The position numbers and the translations under genes were made by a program. 64,000 nucleotides of DNA from Thermodesulfobacteriota bacterium (lineage in GTDB: Bacteria; Desulfobacterota_D; UBA1144; Nemesobacterales; JAJCZQ01): assembly GCA_965203965.1 (NCBI GenBank), contig CBDBDR010000017.1, forward strand, positions 1-64,000, given 5' to 3'. Positions 48,518 to 57,975 of this stretch are shown piece after piece. A model generated the notes under the pieces. The model saw only the letters and a program-made list of their open reading frames with translations. It did not search any database and had not been told where the DNA came from. Position 1 is the stretch's first letter, and each line of letters begins with the position of its first letter.

Positions 48518-49513
48518 ATGAAAAATGAGACATGGGTAATTGCTGATATGAAAATGGATGGGAGTGTCAGAAAAGTAACTTTTGAAACTATCTCCGAGGC
48601 TAAAAGGTCTATACATCCACAAATTGGAGGTGCCGTCTGTGGAGTTTTGATGGGAGACGGCGTGAAAGGAAAAGCTGGAGAGTTGGGGAAATACGGGGCC
48701 GATAAGGTTTACATAGTTGACGACCCACATTTAAAGGATTTTAATCCCGATGGCTACGTAAAAGCACTTTTAGAGCTTATAAAAAAGCACCAGCCCCAGA
48801 TTATTTTGGCAGGCAACACTGCTTTTACAGAAGATTACATTCCAAGGGTTGCCGCAAGAACAGGGTCAGGTCTTGCAATGGAAGCAATAAAAATAGGTTT
48901 GACTGACGATAATAGGCTTAAAGTTAGAAGATATACACATTCAAGCAAGGTTCTATCCGACATTGAGTTTCATTCTGGAAACACCATGATGGCAACTATA
49001 AGACCTAATACTTACAAGGAAGAGGAATTTAACTCCTCTCCCGAAGTTATTGATGAGCAGGTGGATATAAGTGATGATGATATAAAGATCAAAGTCGTAG
49101 AGGTTAGATCAAAGCCGTCTGACAGACCCGAACTTACGGAAGCCGAAAGAGTGGTATCAGGGGGTAGGGGTTTGGGAAGTGAAGAAAACTTTAAATATAT
49201 TTATGAGCTTGCCGATGTGCTTGAAGCAGCAACGGGTGCAACGAGGGCAGCTGTAGATGCAGGTTATTGTCCTTATGATATGCAGGTAGGGCAGACGGGT
49301 AAAGCTGTTTCACCTAATTTATATTTTGCAGTTGCAATTTCAGGTGCAGTTCAGCATTTCTCCGGTATGGGAACGTCAAAGGTAATAGTTTCAATCAATA
49401 AAGACCCGGAAACACCAATTTTTCAAAAATCCGATTATGGTATATGCGGCGATCTTTTTGAGGTTCTGCCCGTTTTGACTGCAGAATTGAAAAGTGCATT
49501 GTCTGAACAGTAG
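48518..49513 (+). CDS. etfA: Electron transfer flavoprotein alpha subunit
   Basis: VVSGGRGL, RAAVDAG, QVGQTGK, ISGAVQH, INKD. Confidence 0.97.
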   Translation: MKNETWVIADMKMDGSVRKVTFETISEAKRSIHPQIGGAVCGVLMGDGVKGKAGELGKYGADKVYIVDDPHLKDFNPDGYVKALLELIKKHQPQIILAGNTAFTEDYIPRVAARTGSGLAMEAIKIGLTDDNRLKVRRYTHSSKVLSDIEFHSGNTMMATIRPNTYKEEEFNSSPEVIDEQVDISDDDIKIKVVEVRSKPSDRPELTEAERVVSGGRGLGSEENFKYIYELADVLEAATGATRAAVDAGYCPYDMQVGQTGKAVSPNLYFAVAISGAVQHFSGMGTSKVIVSINKDPETPIFQKSDYGICGDLFEVLPVLTAELKSALSEQ

Positions 49514-49621
49514 TTGGTTCTTCTAAATCTAGTTAAATTATATGCAAATTCTAAGTAGAAAGTGTTTTTTTAGGAACTTATATATTTGCCTCATTAGTAT
49601 AAAGTTAGTAAGGAGGTACTT

Positions 49622-50074
49622 ATGGGAGTTTTTCAGGTTTGTGATGGGGATTTCCGCAAAGATTCAGTTGGTGGAATTAAGAATGGTGAATTAAGTGTGA
49701 TTGATAAAGATGGTAAGAGTTGTATTTTTGACAAGGTTAAAGAAGTAAAAGAGATAGCAATACAAAACAAAACTCAGTGGGGAAGGAAGGCGGCTTGGGG
49801 TGTTGGTGTAGGATTGGTTACCTTCGGTCTTGGAGGTTTAGTTGCTGGTGTGTTAGCTGGTAGAGGTAAAATTATCACCTGTGAAGTATCGTTCTTTGAT
49901 GACCGTTCGTTTATTGGAGTTACTGATAAGAATGGTTTTGAAGAGTTGTTGCGAATGGTCAAAAATCCTGAAACGGAAAAACTGAACGATAATCCGTTTA
50001 TGGAAAAATTACTAGAATATAAAAGGGTAAATCAGGAGCGAAAAGATAAAGCTATGAAAGAAACGAAAGAGTGA
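49622..50074 (+). CDS. Hypothetical protein with Gly-rich hydrophobic segment
   Basis: AAGGAGG RBS; WGVGVGLVTFGLGGLVAGVLAG. Confidence 0.7.
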   Translation: MGVFQVCDGDFRKDSVGGIKNGELSVIDKDGKSCIFDKVKEVKEIAIQNKTQWGRKAAWGVGVGLVTFGLGGLVAGVLAGRGKIITCEVSFFDDRSFIGVTDKNGFEELLRMVKNPETEKLNDNPFMEKLLEYKRVNQERKDKAMKETKE

Positions 50075-50192
50075 TTGGGAAAATTAGGTATAAAAAAATA
50101 GTAAGAATTTATTATAAGTGTATATTCCCCTTTCTATTCTTTCAAGGAACTTACTTAAAATACCAATAAATCTTTAGAGAACTGATTTTGTA

Positions 50193-51359
50193 ATGAATCT
50201 GGGTGTTTACATTCATCTGCCCTATTGTTTGACCAAGTGTCCGTATTGCGATTTTAATTCATACGGGGTGGGAAGCAGTTTTCCGGAGGAGACTTATACT
50301 TCGGCTATTATATGTGAAATAGATTCCTATTCCGAATATTTGTCCCGGGATTCTGTCTCCACAATATTCTTCGGTGGGGGCACACCATCGTTATTCAGTC
50401 CACGGAGTATCGGCAGGATAATTGAAAAAATAGGTGAATATGCTGATTTTGAGAGAGATATTGAAATATCTATTGAAATAAATCCCAGAACGGCAGATGT
50501 TGAGAAATTCAAAGGTTTTAGAGAGGTTGGTATAAACCGCGCCAGCGTCGGGATACAATCGTTTTCCAAGAAGAAGCTAAAGTTCCTGGGTCGTTCAAAT
50601 TCCCCTGAAGAAGGAAAGGAAACTCTGAAAGATATTTCTGACGCCGGCTTTAAGAACTTCAACCTTGATCTGATATACGGTGGTTCGGGTGAAAGTCTTG
50701 AAGAACTTGAGCATGATATAAGAATATCCATTGGATTGAACGTAACCCATATATCGGTCTACTGCCTGACGATAGAAGATGGAACAAAATTCGGTAGTAT
50801 GTATAGAAAAAATCTGCTAAAACTGCCGGGGGATGATGTTCTATCAGAGATGTTTGAACTGGTTGATACCTTGTTGACTTGTAATGGTTTTGAGCACTAT
50901 GAAATATCAAATTTTTGCAAACCCGGCTATGAATGCAAACATAACTTGAACTACTGGGAATGCGGCAGCTACATCGGATTTGGTGCAGGTGCGCACTCAC
51001 ACGTAAACAAAGAAAATTATCCTCTATGGGGAAAAAGATGGGCTAATTTGAGGGATCCAGTTAAATACATTGAAGTTGTAAGATCAAATAAGACTGCACG
51101 TGAATTTACGGAAATACTGACAAGAGAGGAGGCACTGACAGATAGATTGCTGATGGGATTGCGTCTTGAAAAAGGCGTGAATATAAAGCAGATGGAAAAA
51201 AGCTACGGCGCCGTGTTTCTTCAAGACAAGCTGAAAAATTCAATTAGGGATGGATTGATTGAAGTAAATCATGAAAATCTAAAGATAACCGACAGTGGGA
51301 GGATATTTTCAAATGAGCTTATATGCATTGCCATTGGCTCTTTTGAGTTTCCAAGTTAA
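50193..51359 (+). CDS. hemW: Radical SAM heme chaperone HemW
   Basis: YIHLPYCLTKCPYCDF, GGGTPS, HYEISNF, HNLNYW. Confidence 0.93.
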   Translation: MNLGVYIHLPYCLTKCPYCDFNSYGVGSSFPEETYTSAIICEIDSYSEYLSRDSVSTIFFGGGTPSLFSPRSIGRIIEKIGEYADFERDIEISIEINPRTADVEKFKGFREVGINRASVGIQSFSKKKLKFLGRSNSPEEGKETLKDISDAGFKNFNLDLIYGGSGESLEELEHDIRISIGLNVTHISVYCLTIEDGTKFGSMYRKNLLKLPGDDVLSEMFELVDTLLTCNGFEHYEISNFCKPGYECKHNLNYWECGSYIGFGAGAHSHVNKENYPLWGKRWANLRDPVKYIEVVRSNKTAREFTEILTREEALTDRLLMGLRLEKGVNIKQMEKSYGAVFLQDKLKNSIRDGLIEVNHENLKITDSGRIFSNELICIAIGSFEFPS

Positions 51360-51805
51360 AACTCACGGTTTATTTTTATTTTCCGTCCTCCTTTTACCCT
51401 TATAAAAAAATCGTTTCCTTCTTGCTCCAAATGCTTCATCAGTTCATAGTAAGCAGGACTTAAGAACCTTCCTTTATACTTGTTATTTTTCACCATTGTA
51501 TAAAGAACGTTGCCGTTGTTTATCCAAGTGTTTTCTAACTGTATCTCTTCCGTTGTTTCGTCATTGAGTGTTGCGTAGAATCCATCATCTTTTTTATTTA
51601 CCATTTTAACAACAAAAGGAGTGTCCTCTACTTCCACGTAAACTCTTCCAAATCCGTCGTCCACGAAAAATCTTTCTTCTACGTCAATATCAAGATTCCT
51701 GTTGTTTTCCAAATATGTCCACCTGTGAGTGATCTTGATACCGTCCTGAAACCAATTTCCTTTCTTGTCTATGAATATCCTGGCTTTGTTCTTTTTTGCG
51801 TTCAT
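51356..51805 (-). CDS. DUF1285-like hypothetical protein
   Basis: IFIDKKGNWFQDG..ITH, VEVEDTPFVV. Confidence 0.65.
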   Translation of the reverse strand: MNAKKNKARIFIDKKGNWFQDGIKITHRWTYLENNRNLDIDVEERFFVDDGFGRVYVEVEDTPFVVKMVNKKDDGFYATLNDETTEEIQLENTWINNGNVLYTMVKNNKYKGRFLSPAYYELMKHLEQEGNDFFIRVKGGRKIKINREF

Positions 51806-51927
51806 AGGTTCAGTTTGATTTTTTTCGCCCTTAGTGCTGGTTTTTCTCCCAGTTAGTGCAAAAATTTATTTTACAGCAATATTAACTATAATATCCGACC
51901 AATTTGTAGTCTCGGGCTTGTTCTGTT

Positions 51928-53025
51928 ATGGAAGACATAATATATCTGCTTGCACTAAAGAATATCAAAGGCGTTGGTGATATATATGCAGCAAGATTAC
52001 TGGAAAGGTTTGAGTCTCCCGGGTCTATTTTTAACTCAGAAGTGAATGAGTTGCTTAAAGTTGATGGGATAAACAAGACGCTCGCAAATTCCATAGTTGG
52101 GTATTCTGATTGGGATAAGAACAGGAAAGAAGCAGATATTATACAGAAAAGAGGAGTCAAAGTTGTCGGATGCCATAATCCTTTATATCCAAAAAATTTA
52201 AAGAACATTTATAACCATCCCTTATTGCTCTACTACGTTGGCGACATAGATAGAAAAGATGATATTGCCATTGGAGTTGTCGGTTCGCGCAACTGTGATG
52301 ATTATGGGATAAAGATCACGGAAAACATTGTAACGAAACTATCTCAGCGGGGTATAACAGTGGTCAGCGGCATGGCAAGAGGAATTGACACCGTAGCACA
52401 CAGATCGGCTCTGAAAGCAGGTGGAAGAACGGCGGCAGTTTTAGGGAGTGGAATTGATGTTTGTTACCCGAGAGAGAACAAGAAATTATTCTCAAAAATA
52501 TCCGAGTGTGGTTACGTGATGTCTGAATTCCCCTTGGGAACGGAACCGGAAGGGGTGAATTTCCCAAAGCGTAATAGGCTGATAAGCGGGCTTTCCCTTG
52601 GAGTTGTTGTTATTCAGGCAAATAGCAACAGTGGTGCATTGATCACGGCAGGCTATGCAATTGAGCAAAACAGAGAGGTGTTTGCAATTCCCGGTAACGT
52701 GGATAACAAAAGGAACAGTGGTGCAAATCAGTTAATTAAAAGAGGTGCCAAATTGGTTGAGGATTTGGATGATATAGTTGAAGAGATCACGGAATTCAAG
52801 ACACTAACAGGTGAAATTGATAAGAAAAAAATAAAAAGATTTGATATTACTAAGGAGGAAAATATCGTGTTTCAACACTTGCTTGAGTCCAAACTGCATG
52901 TTGACCAGATAGCTCATAAAACTGAAATTGACACAGTAAAACTTTTCCCCTTGCTTCTTAGTATGGAGTTGAAAGGAATTATCAGATCATTTCCCGGAAG
53001 CTATTACCAAGCCGTTAATAGTTAG
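51928..53025 (+). CDS. dprA: DNA-processing protein DprA
   Basis: VVGSR, VSGMARGID..AH, FPKRNRLISGLS, SGALITA. Confidence 0.97.
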   Translation: MEDIIYLLALKNIKGVGDIYAARLLERFESPGSIFNSEVNELLKVDGINKTLANSIVGYSDWDKNRKEADIIQKRGVKVVGCHNPLYPKNLKNIYNHPLLLYYVGDIDRKDDIAIGVVGSRNCDDYGIKITENIVTKLSQRGITVVSGMARGIDTVAHRSALKAGGRTAAVLGSGIDVCYPRENKKLFSKISECGYVMSEFPLGTEPEGVNFPKRNRLISGLSLGVVVIQANSNSGALITAGYAIEQNREVFAIPGNVDNKRNSGANQLIKRGAKLVEDLDDIVEEITEFKTLTGEIDKKKIKRFDITKEENIVFQHLLESKLHVDQIAHKTEIDTVKLFPLLLSMELKGIIRSFPGSYYQAVNS

Positions 53026-53184
53026 TAACATAAGATTTATAAGTCTGTGTCAAAGGGAAATTTTGAATAATATTAAGCCAGTAAGACCCAACGCCCTATT
53101 ATGGATCGGACAACGTCGTATGTAATTCCCTAAATTTTCGCTATTGGTTTTGTTTTATTGTATGTATTATTAAAATTTTTTCAG

Positions 53185-54483
53185 ATGAATATTACCGTTA
53201 TAGGAACAGGATACGTTGGACTCGTAACAGGAGCTTGTCTGGCTTCAAGTGGAAATAATGTTATATGTGTGGACATAGATGAGAACAAGGTTGAAGGTCT
53301 GCTTAGTGGAGTAGTGCCGTTCTATGAGCCCGGGCTTGAAGAAATAGTAAAAACCAACCTGTCAGAGGGTAGGCTCAATTTTACAACCGACGTTCAAACC
53401 GCGATAGAGAATTCCTACATAATATTCATTGCCGTTGGAACACCTCAATATAAGAATGGAGCTGCGGACCTCAATTACGTATGGGGGGTTGCTGAAAGTG
53501 TTGGTAAATACATCAACGGCTACAAGGTCGTTGTAACCAAGAGCACAGTTCCCGTGGGAACAACGGAAAAAGTGAGAGACATAATCAGATCCCTTACGGA
53601 GGCTGAATTTGACGTTGCTTCAAATCCAGAGTTTTTAAAAGAGGGTGCAGCGGTTGAAGATTTTTTAAAACCAGAAAGGGTTGTTATCGGGGTTGAAAGT
53701 GAAAAAGCAGGGGAGATACTGAGGGAACTTTATTTGCCGTTTATGAGGTCATCGGATAGAACCAAGACGGTTTCGATCAGGTCTTCTGAAATGTCAAAAT
53801 ACGCCTCCAATGCAATGCTTGCCACCCGTATATCCTTTATGAATGAAATGGCAGATCTGTGTGAGGTGGCAGGTGTGAACGTATCGGACGTAAGGTCTAT
53901 AATGGGTTCAGATAAGAGGATAGGCAGACATTTTCTGTTCCCAGGTCTCGGCTATGGAGGGTCTTGTTTTCCCAAAGACGTGAAGGCATTGATGAATACG
54001 GCAGAGCAGTTTGGTTATGAACTTGAGATATGCAAAGCAGTTGACAAGATCAATCAGCAACAGAGGGTGTGGTTCTTCAATAAGATATTGAAATACTACG
54101 AGGATGATCTGAAGGGTAAAACCTTTGGTATGTGGGGCTTGTCTTTTAAGCCTAACACAGATGATACAAGGGAGTCTCCTGCTTTGTTCTTGGTTGACAA
54201 ACTACTCGATAATGGAGCGTACGTTATAGTACACGACCCCGCGGCGATCAGCAACGTCAGGAACATCTATGGAGATAAAATAGGCTATGTTAACTCAAAC
54301 TATGATGCTTGTAAGGGGGTTGACGCCGTGATCGTCAGCACCGAATGGAGTGAATACAGACAGCCTGATTTCATCCGGATCGCCAAATTGGTTAAAGGTC
54401 GGGTTATTTTTGACGGACGCAATCTATATGACAGAGAAAAATTAGAGAGTTTGGGGTTTGATTATTTTGCCGTTGGGATTTAA
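53185..54483 (+). CDS. ugd: UDP-glucose 6-dehydrogenase
   Basis: GTGYVG, KSTVPVGT, SNPEFLKEG, GYGGSCFPKD; start placed at ATG 53185. Confidence 0.95.
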   Translation: MNITVIGTGYVGLVTGACLASSGNNVICVDIDENKVEGLLSGVVPFYEPGLEEIVKTNLSEGRLNFTTDVQTAIENSYIIFIAVGTPQYKNGAADLNYVWGVAESVGKYINGYKVVVTKSTVPVGTTEKVRDIIRSLTEAEFDVASNPEFLKEGAAVEDFLKPERVVIGVESEKAGEILRELYLPFMRSSDRTKTVSIRSSEMSKYASNAMLATRISFMNEMADLCEVAGVNVSDVRSIMGSDKRIGRHFLFPGLGYGGSCFPKDVKALMNTAEQFGYELEICKAVDKINQQQRVWFFNKILKYYEDDLKGKTFGMWGLSFKPNTDDTRESPALFLVDKLLDNGAYVIVHDPAAISNVRNIYGDKIGYVNSNYDACKGVDAVIVSTEWSEYRQPDFIRIAKLVKGRVIFDGRNLYDREKLESLGFDYFAVGI

Positions 54484-54528
54484 CCGATGGAGAACTGATC
54501 AATCCAAGTAAATCTTCCGAGGAGATAC

Positions 54529-55497
54529 ATGCTTATAGTAGTAACGGGATGTGCCGGATTTATAGGGTCAAGGGTTTGCGGTCTGTTAATTAAAAAAGGC
54601 AATAGGGTTGTAGGAATTGATAATTTAAACGATGCCTATGACGTTAAACTCAAGCAATACAGATTGGGTCTGCTAAAAGCCAACAAAAATTTTATCTTTC
54701 ACAAAATAGACATTACCAATATGCACAACCTAAAAGCCTGCCTTCGCAAATATGACGTTATTGATGCGATCCTGAATCTCGCAGCCCGTGCGGGGGTTAG
54801 AAAAAGCATTGATATTCCTGCTGAATATTACCTTACCAACGTTATAGGCGTTCTTAACTTACTTGAGATCAGCAAAGATATTAACGTGTTGAAATTTGTT
54901 CAGGCTTCCACCTCTAGTGTTTACGGTGAGAACCAGACCCCCTTCCGTGAGGATCAGAATACGGATATTACAATTTCACCTTATGCGGCTTCAAAAAAAG
55001 CCGCTGAAAATTTGTGCTATACCTATCATAAACTCTACAATATTGATATTTCTGTGCTCAGGTATTTCACCGTCTATGGTCCCGCGGGCAGACCCGATAT
55101 GGTTCCCTTCAGGCTTGTAAGATGGATAGCACAAGGTGAGAACGTGATTGTTTACGGGGATGGAAGTCAGGAAAGAGATTTTACTTATGTTGACGACATA
55201 GCCAAAGGTACGGTTTCTGCAATAAAGAAAGTGGGTTTTGAAATAATGAACCTTGGTAATGACAGACCTGTTAAATTATCCGAACTGATAAGTCTAATTG
55301 AGTTAAAACTGGAGAAAAAAGCTCGTATAGTTGAGCATAAACCACATATAACCGATGTTTCTGCAACTTGGGCGGATATATCAAGGTCAAAGAAAATACT
55401 TGGTTGGAAACCTGAAGTTGACGTTGAAAAAGGGCTTGATCTGGTTATTGACTGGTATAAAAAAAACACGGAACTCGCCAACAGTATAGAGTTGTGA
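54529..55497 (+). CDS. NAD-dependent nucleotide-sugar epimerase (UDP-glucuronate 4-epimerase-like)
   Basis: TGCAGFIG, LAARAGVR, YAASK, RYFTVYGP.GRPDM. Confidence 0.92.
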   Translation: MLIVVTGCAGFIGSRVCGLLIKKGNRVVGIDNLNDAYDVKLKQYRLGLLKANKNFIFHKIDITNMHNLKACLRKYDVIDAILNLAARAGVRKSIDIPAEYYLTNVIGVLNLLEISKDINVLKFVQASTSSVYGENQTPFREDQNTDITISPYAASKKAAENLCYTYHKLYNIDISVLRYFTVYGPAGRPDMVPFRLVRWIAQGENVIVYGDGSQERDFTYVDDIAKGTVSAIKKVGFEIMNLGNDRPVKLSELISLIELKLEKKARIVEHKPHITDVSATWADISRSKKILGWKPEVDVEKGLDLVIDWYKKNTELANSIEL

Positions 55498-55627
55498 TGT
55501 TTTTCTCGTGACTATAAGTGGAGTGGAGATAAATAGTTGCCTATTTGGAAATCATTGTTATTTTAAGTTGTTTATCTTTAGGATTATACTCATTAAAATT
55601 AAAATTTGTGCAAAGATCGGAGGACAA

Positions 55628-57856
55628 ATGACAAAATCTTTGGTAATTGTTGAGTCACCCTCAAAAGCCCGTACAATAAGCAGATACCTTGGGAAAAATT
55701 ATCAGGTGGAAGCTTCAGTGGGTCACGTTGTTGACCTGTCCGATAAAACCCACAATAAGATGGGTGTTGACATAGAGAATGATTTTCAGCCGGACTACGA
55801 AGTTATAAAAGGCAAAAGTAAGGTTTTAAATGCTCTTCGTAAGTCTGCCGTGAAAAAAGATAGAGTGTACCTTGCAACCGATCCAGACAGGGAAGGGGAA
55901 GCCATAGCATGGCATATTTCCGATCAATTAGATCTGGGTGAGAAGGCACGACGCGTTCTAATATGGGAAATAACGAGGGAGGGCGTTCTTGAGACATTCA
56001 AAAATTCCGGGAAGTTAAACAGAGCAAAATTTGAAGCCCAGCAGGCGAGGCGAATTCTGGACAGGATAGTTGGTTACAAAATAAGTCCCCTTTTATGGAA
56101 AAAGATAGGAGGTAGGCTCAGTGCAGGAAGGGTTCAAAGTGTTGCTCTTGGGTTTGTAGTTAGCAGGGAGCGGGAAATAGAGGCATTTAAGCCACGCGAA
56201 TACTGGAAGTTGCAAGCACGTCTGCTAACTCAGAAAAATGAATCTTTTTCCTCTTATTTGAAAAGTTTTGGGAATTATAAGGATGAACTTCCGACCGGTG
56301 ATCATACCACGGAGATAGTAGATGCTTTGAAAAATGAGCAATTCCAGGTTGTAGAAGTTGAAAAGAAAAAACAGACCCGTAAGGTTCCATCTCCTTTTAT
56401 CACAAGCACGCTTCAGCGTGAGTCATCAACCAAACTCGGATTTTCAGTTAAAAAAACAATGAACCTGGCACAAAAACTCTATGAAGGCGTTGAACTTGGA
56501 AATCAGGGACCGGTTGGGCTTATAACCTATATGAGAACGGATTCCACTCGTCTTTCTTCACGTGCTGTTGAGGAAGCCCGCAAGTTCATTGAGAACAGAT
56601 GGGGGAAAGATCACCTTCCCTCCAAGCCTCCCGTTCAGAAGATAAAAAAAGATGCCCAGGATGCCCATGAAGCTATAAGAGTGACCTCGGTGGAGAGAAT
56701 CCCGCAAGACGTCTCCAAATTCCTGGAAAAAGATCAGGCAAAACTTTACGAACTGATATGGAGAAGATTTATTGCTTCCCAAATGAGTGCTGCAATTGAT
56801 GAGCGGACAACCGTGAATATAAAGGCTGGTGAAGGGATTTTTCGTGCAGTTGGCACGGTTCCTGTTTTTCCGGGATGGAGAGAAGTCATTCCATTGCCTA
56901 AATCTGATGAAAAAGAAAATGAAACAGTTCTTCCATTGCTTGTGGAAGGTGAAGACGTGAGTTGTGAGGAGTTAATACCATCACAGCATTTTACAAAGCC
57001 ACCACCTCGCTACAACGAGGCATCGTTGGTAAAAGAACTTGAGGAAAAAGGCATCGGAAGACCTTCAACTTATGCTTCAATACTTTCCACTATACAGGAA
57101 AGGGAATACGTGAAAGCGGAGAAAAAGGCACTTTTTCCAACACCCCTCGGAATTTCCGTGAATGATTGTCTTGTGAAAAATTTCCCCAATATAATGGATG
57201 AGACCTTTACTGCATCGGTTGAAGAAAATCTTGACAAGGTTGAGCAGGGAAATGAAAAGTGGAGCAGTTTGCTGAGCAATTTTTATTTTGATGAGGAAAA
57301 GGGATTAAAAAGGCGACTGGAAGCTGCGGAAAAATCCTTGAACTTAATAGAAAGAACAGATATTTCTTGTGATAAATGTGGCAAGCCCATGGTAATCAAG
57401 CAAAGACGCCGAGGTAGGGGAGAGTTCCTATCCTGTTCCGGTTATCCAGAGTGTAAAAACGCATCTGATTTTGAGAGAGATGGGGGTGTTATTAAACTGA
57501 AAAAAACCCCAGAGCCGCAGTCTACCGGTATTAAGTGTGAAAAATGCGGTGAAGAGATGATCATAAGGACTCGCCGTCGTGATGGGGTAGAATTTCTTGC
57601 CTGTTCAGCCTATCCAAAATGTAAAAACGCATCTGATTTTGAGAGAGACGGGGGTGTTATTAAACTGAAGAAAGCCCCAGAGCCGCAGTCTACCGGTATT
57701 AAGTGTGAAAAATGCGGTGAAGAGATGATCATAAGGACTCGCCGTCGTGATGGGGTAGAATTTCTTGCCTGTTCAGCTTATCCAAAATGTAAAAATGCCG
57801 CTAACTTTGAGAGAGACGGAAACGTTATCAAACTAAATAAGCCGCGTGCTTCTTAA
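55628..57856 (+). CDS. topA: DNA topoisomerase I
   Basis: LVIVESPSKA, ATDPDREGE, SAGRVQS, ITYMRTDS, three C4 zinc ribbons; ATG at 55628 after GGAGG. Confidence 0.98.
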   Translation: MTKSLVIVESPSKARTISRYLGKNYQVEASVGHVVDLSDKTHNKMGVDIENDFQPDYEVIKGKSKVLNALRKSAVKKDRVYLATDPDREGEAIAWHISDQLDLGEKARRVLIWEITREGVLETFKNSGKLNRAKFEAQQARRILDRIVGYKISPLLWKKIGGRLSAGRVQSVALGFVVSREREIEAFKPREYWKLQARLLTQKNESFSSYLKSFGNYKDELPTGDHTTEIVDALKNEQFQVVEVEKKKQTRKVPSPFITSTLQRESSTKLGFSVKKTMNLAQKLYEGVELGNQGPVGLITYMRTDSTRLSSRAVEEARKFIENRWGKDHLPSKPPVQKIKKDAQDAHEAIRVTSVERIPQDVSKFLEKDQAKLYELIWRRFIASQMSAAIDERTTVNIKAGEGIFRAVGTVPVFPGWREVIPLPKSDEKENETVLPLLVEGEDVSCEELIPSQHFTKPPPRYNEASLVKELEEKGIGRPSTYASILSTIQEREYVKAEKKALFPTPLGISVNDCLVKNFPNIMDETFTASVEENLDKVEQGNEKWSSLLSNFYFDEEKGLKRRLEAAEKSLNLIERTDISCDKCGKPMVIKQRRRGRGEFLSCSGYPECKNASDFERDGGVIKLKKTPEPQSTGIKCEKCGEEMIIRTRRRDGVEFLACSAYPKCKNASDFERDGGVIKLKKAPEPQSTGIKCEKCGEEMIIRTRRRDGVEFLACSAYPKCKNAANFERDGNVIKLNKPRAS
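57452..57787 (+). repeat. 168-bp in-frame tandem duplication in topA
   Basis: Copies 57452-57619 and 57620-57787 differ at about 4 positions. Confidence 0.95.
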
Positions 57857-57975
57857 AAAATTTTCAGTCTGTTCGGTCAACTAATCAACAATATGAAGTA
57901 GGACAAATTCTTAACCCGGTAAGCGTAGATCAGAAGCTTCTGTTTATTTCAATTACCTTGTAAAATTAGGTCCCT

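Noticed and set aside
55508..55627. N-terminal extension of TopA, and likewise of Ugd at 53158-53184
   Set aside because: Upstream alternative starts from the ORF caller; homology begins at the downstream ATGs
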